64,000 bases of DNA from assembly GCF_963921235.1 (NCBI RefSeq), contig NC_086108.1, positions 13,764,001-13,828,000 of the forward strand, given 5' to 3'. The notes beneath the pieces are model-generated. The model was not told where the DNA came from and did no database searches. It worked only from the letters and a program-made list of their open reading frames with translations. Below, one piece after another: positions 63,003-64,000 of the stretch (the stretch's first letter is position 1; each line of letters starts with the position of its first letter). A program made the translations under genes and the position numbers. This DNA comes from Mobula hypostoma (lineage: Eukaryota).

Positions 63003-64000
63003 TTAAGATGGCGCTGGTAACTGGCGACTCTGCACGTGCTCTCCTGAGCAAACTGCCCTTTACACTATCCTATACCCAAGAAACCCTTCTAAACCTCCAA
63101 TCTGCTACATCTAGCAAGATCAACAACACCCTGTCAAAGCTACTGACCCAGCTGCAGACCACTGTGCCAGAACTGCTTCTTAAACTCTGGATCGCATCTG
63201 GACCTGATGGCCTGGTCTGAGGCCCACCATGTTCCCGGAGACCCGTGGTCTGCTACCGTGCTGGAGTACTTGGAGACACGGCCCATTCTAAGAGCACCTC
63301 CAGAGCAGATGACCACACAGAAGTGATGGCGGAGACCTCAAGGTGCCCCAGACGCTTCCCCGGAGCGACCACCATAAAGCCCCGTTGGTGGCCATCCACA
63401 GCTGCCGGAAGTGAGGCCTCCGCCGCTGACCTCGGAAATCGAGCCCGAGGCTCGGCTGGAGAAGAGGTCTCCGCAACCATGACTCAGTTTACGGACTTGT
63501 TTCAGCCAGGAGCCCGGCCATCCGGGATTAAGTGTCAGCTTCGGGGCCCGACCCAATCGACAGCCCTGGCCCCTGGCAGCGGAGCCTCCCCTGTCACTCG
63601 GCCCGACCTGGAGCACCCGACGACACGACCCACTGATCGATCCCTGCGGGACGCGTCACCTACCTCAAAGAGCTGACAACAACACACTGCATCAATGGAG
63701 ACCTGGAAAGATGCACTATTTACTGAGGAAGCATGGGAAAAGAGCTGGGCTGCTGGTCAGATTGAAGTTGAGGGGCTTCAGGGTCCCTATGCCCACCATC
63801 CTATTAACTAATGTGCAAGCCATAGAGAACAAGGTGGATGATCTTAAAGGGAGACTCACCTACTGCAGGGAGATGCAGAACTGCTGTGTATTCTGTTCCA
63901 CCGAGACCTGGCTCTCCCCTACCACTCCTGATTGTGCCATCCAACCAGAGGGATTTTCAATCCATCGGATAGACCACACGGCGTCTTTGGGCAAGACGAG
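63003..64000 (+). mobile_element. 5' end of a Rex1-like LINE (5' UTR and start of APE), running off the window
   Basis: AAGATGGCG head; PTILLTNVQAIENKVDDL...CSTETWL...FSIHR from about 63790. Confidence 0.75.

Overview
Eukaryotic, almost entirely repeat-derived vertebrate DNA. The repeat mix suggests a cartilaginous fish, probably a ray or shark (inference): CR1 LINEs with (TTCTATGT)n tails, Rex1-type LINEs, Penelope elements with GIY-YIG and mini-hammerheads, V-SINEs and solo LTRs. Only one host CDS is supported, a KIAA0040 homolog (53139-53420, +). There is a candidate promoter/non-coding first exon at about 40.4-40.8 kb and a CpG-rich promoter-like edge at 1-200. The most notable object is a HERO-like (R2-superfamily, restriction-like endonuclease) non-LTR retrotransposon at 2271-5557 (-), inserted into a CR1. 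Its 3' end holds a complete hammerhead ribozyme core in a pseudoknotted, non-circularly permuted order. It is bracketed by an 81-bp LTR-like direct repeat, and its 5' region has an array of GRRRGR-hexaloop hairpins. Also notable are a single-ORF LINE that begins with a tRNA-derived Pol III head and several Penelope hammerhead cassettes inserted on their own. Most ORFs in the supplied track are decayed TE fragments or noise. TE family names come from motif recognition, not a database search, and boundaries without a TSD are approximate.
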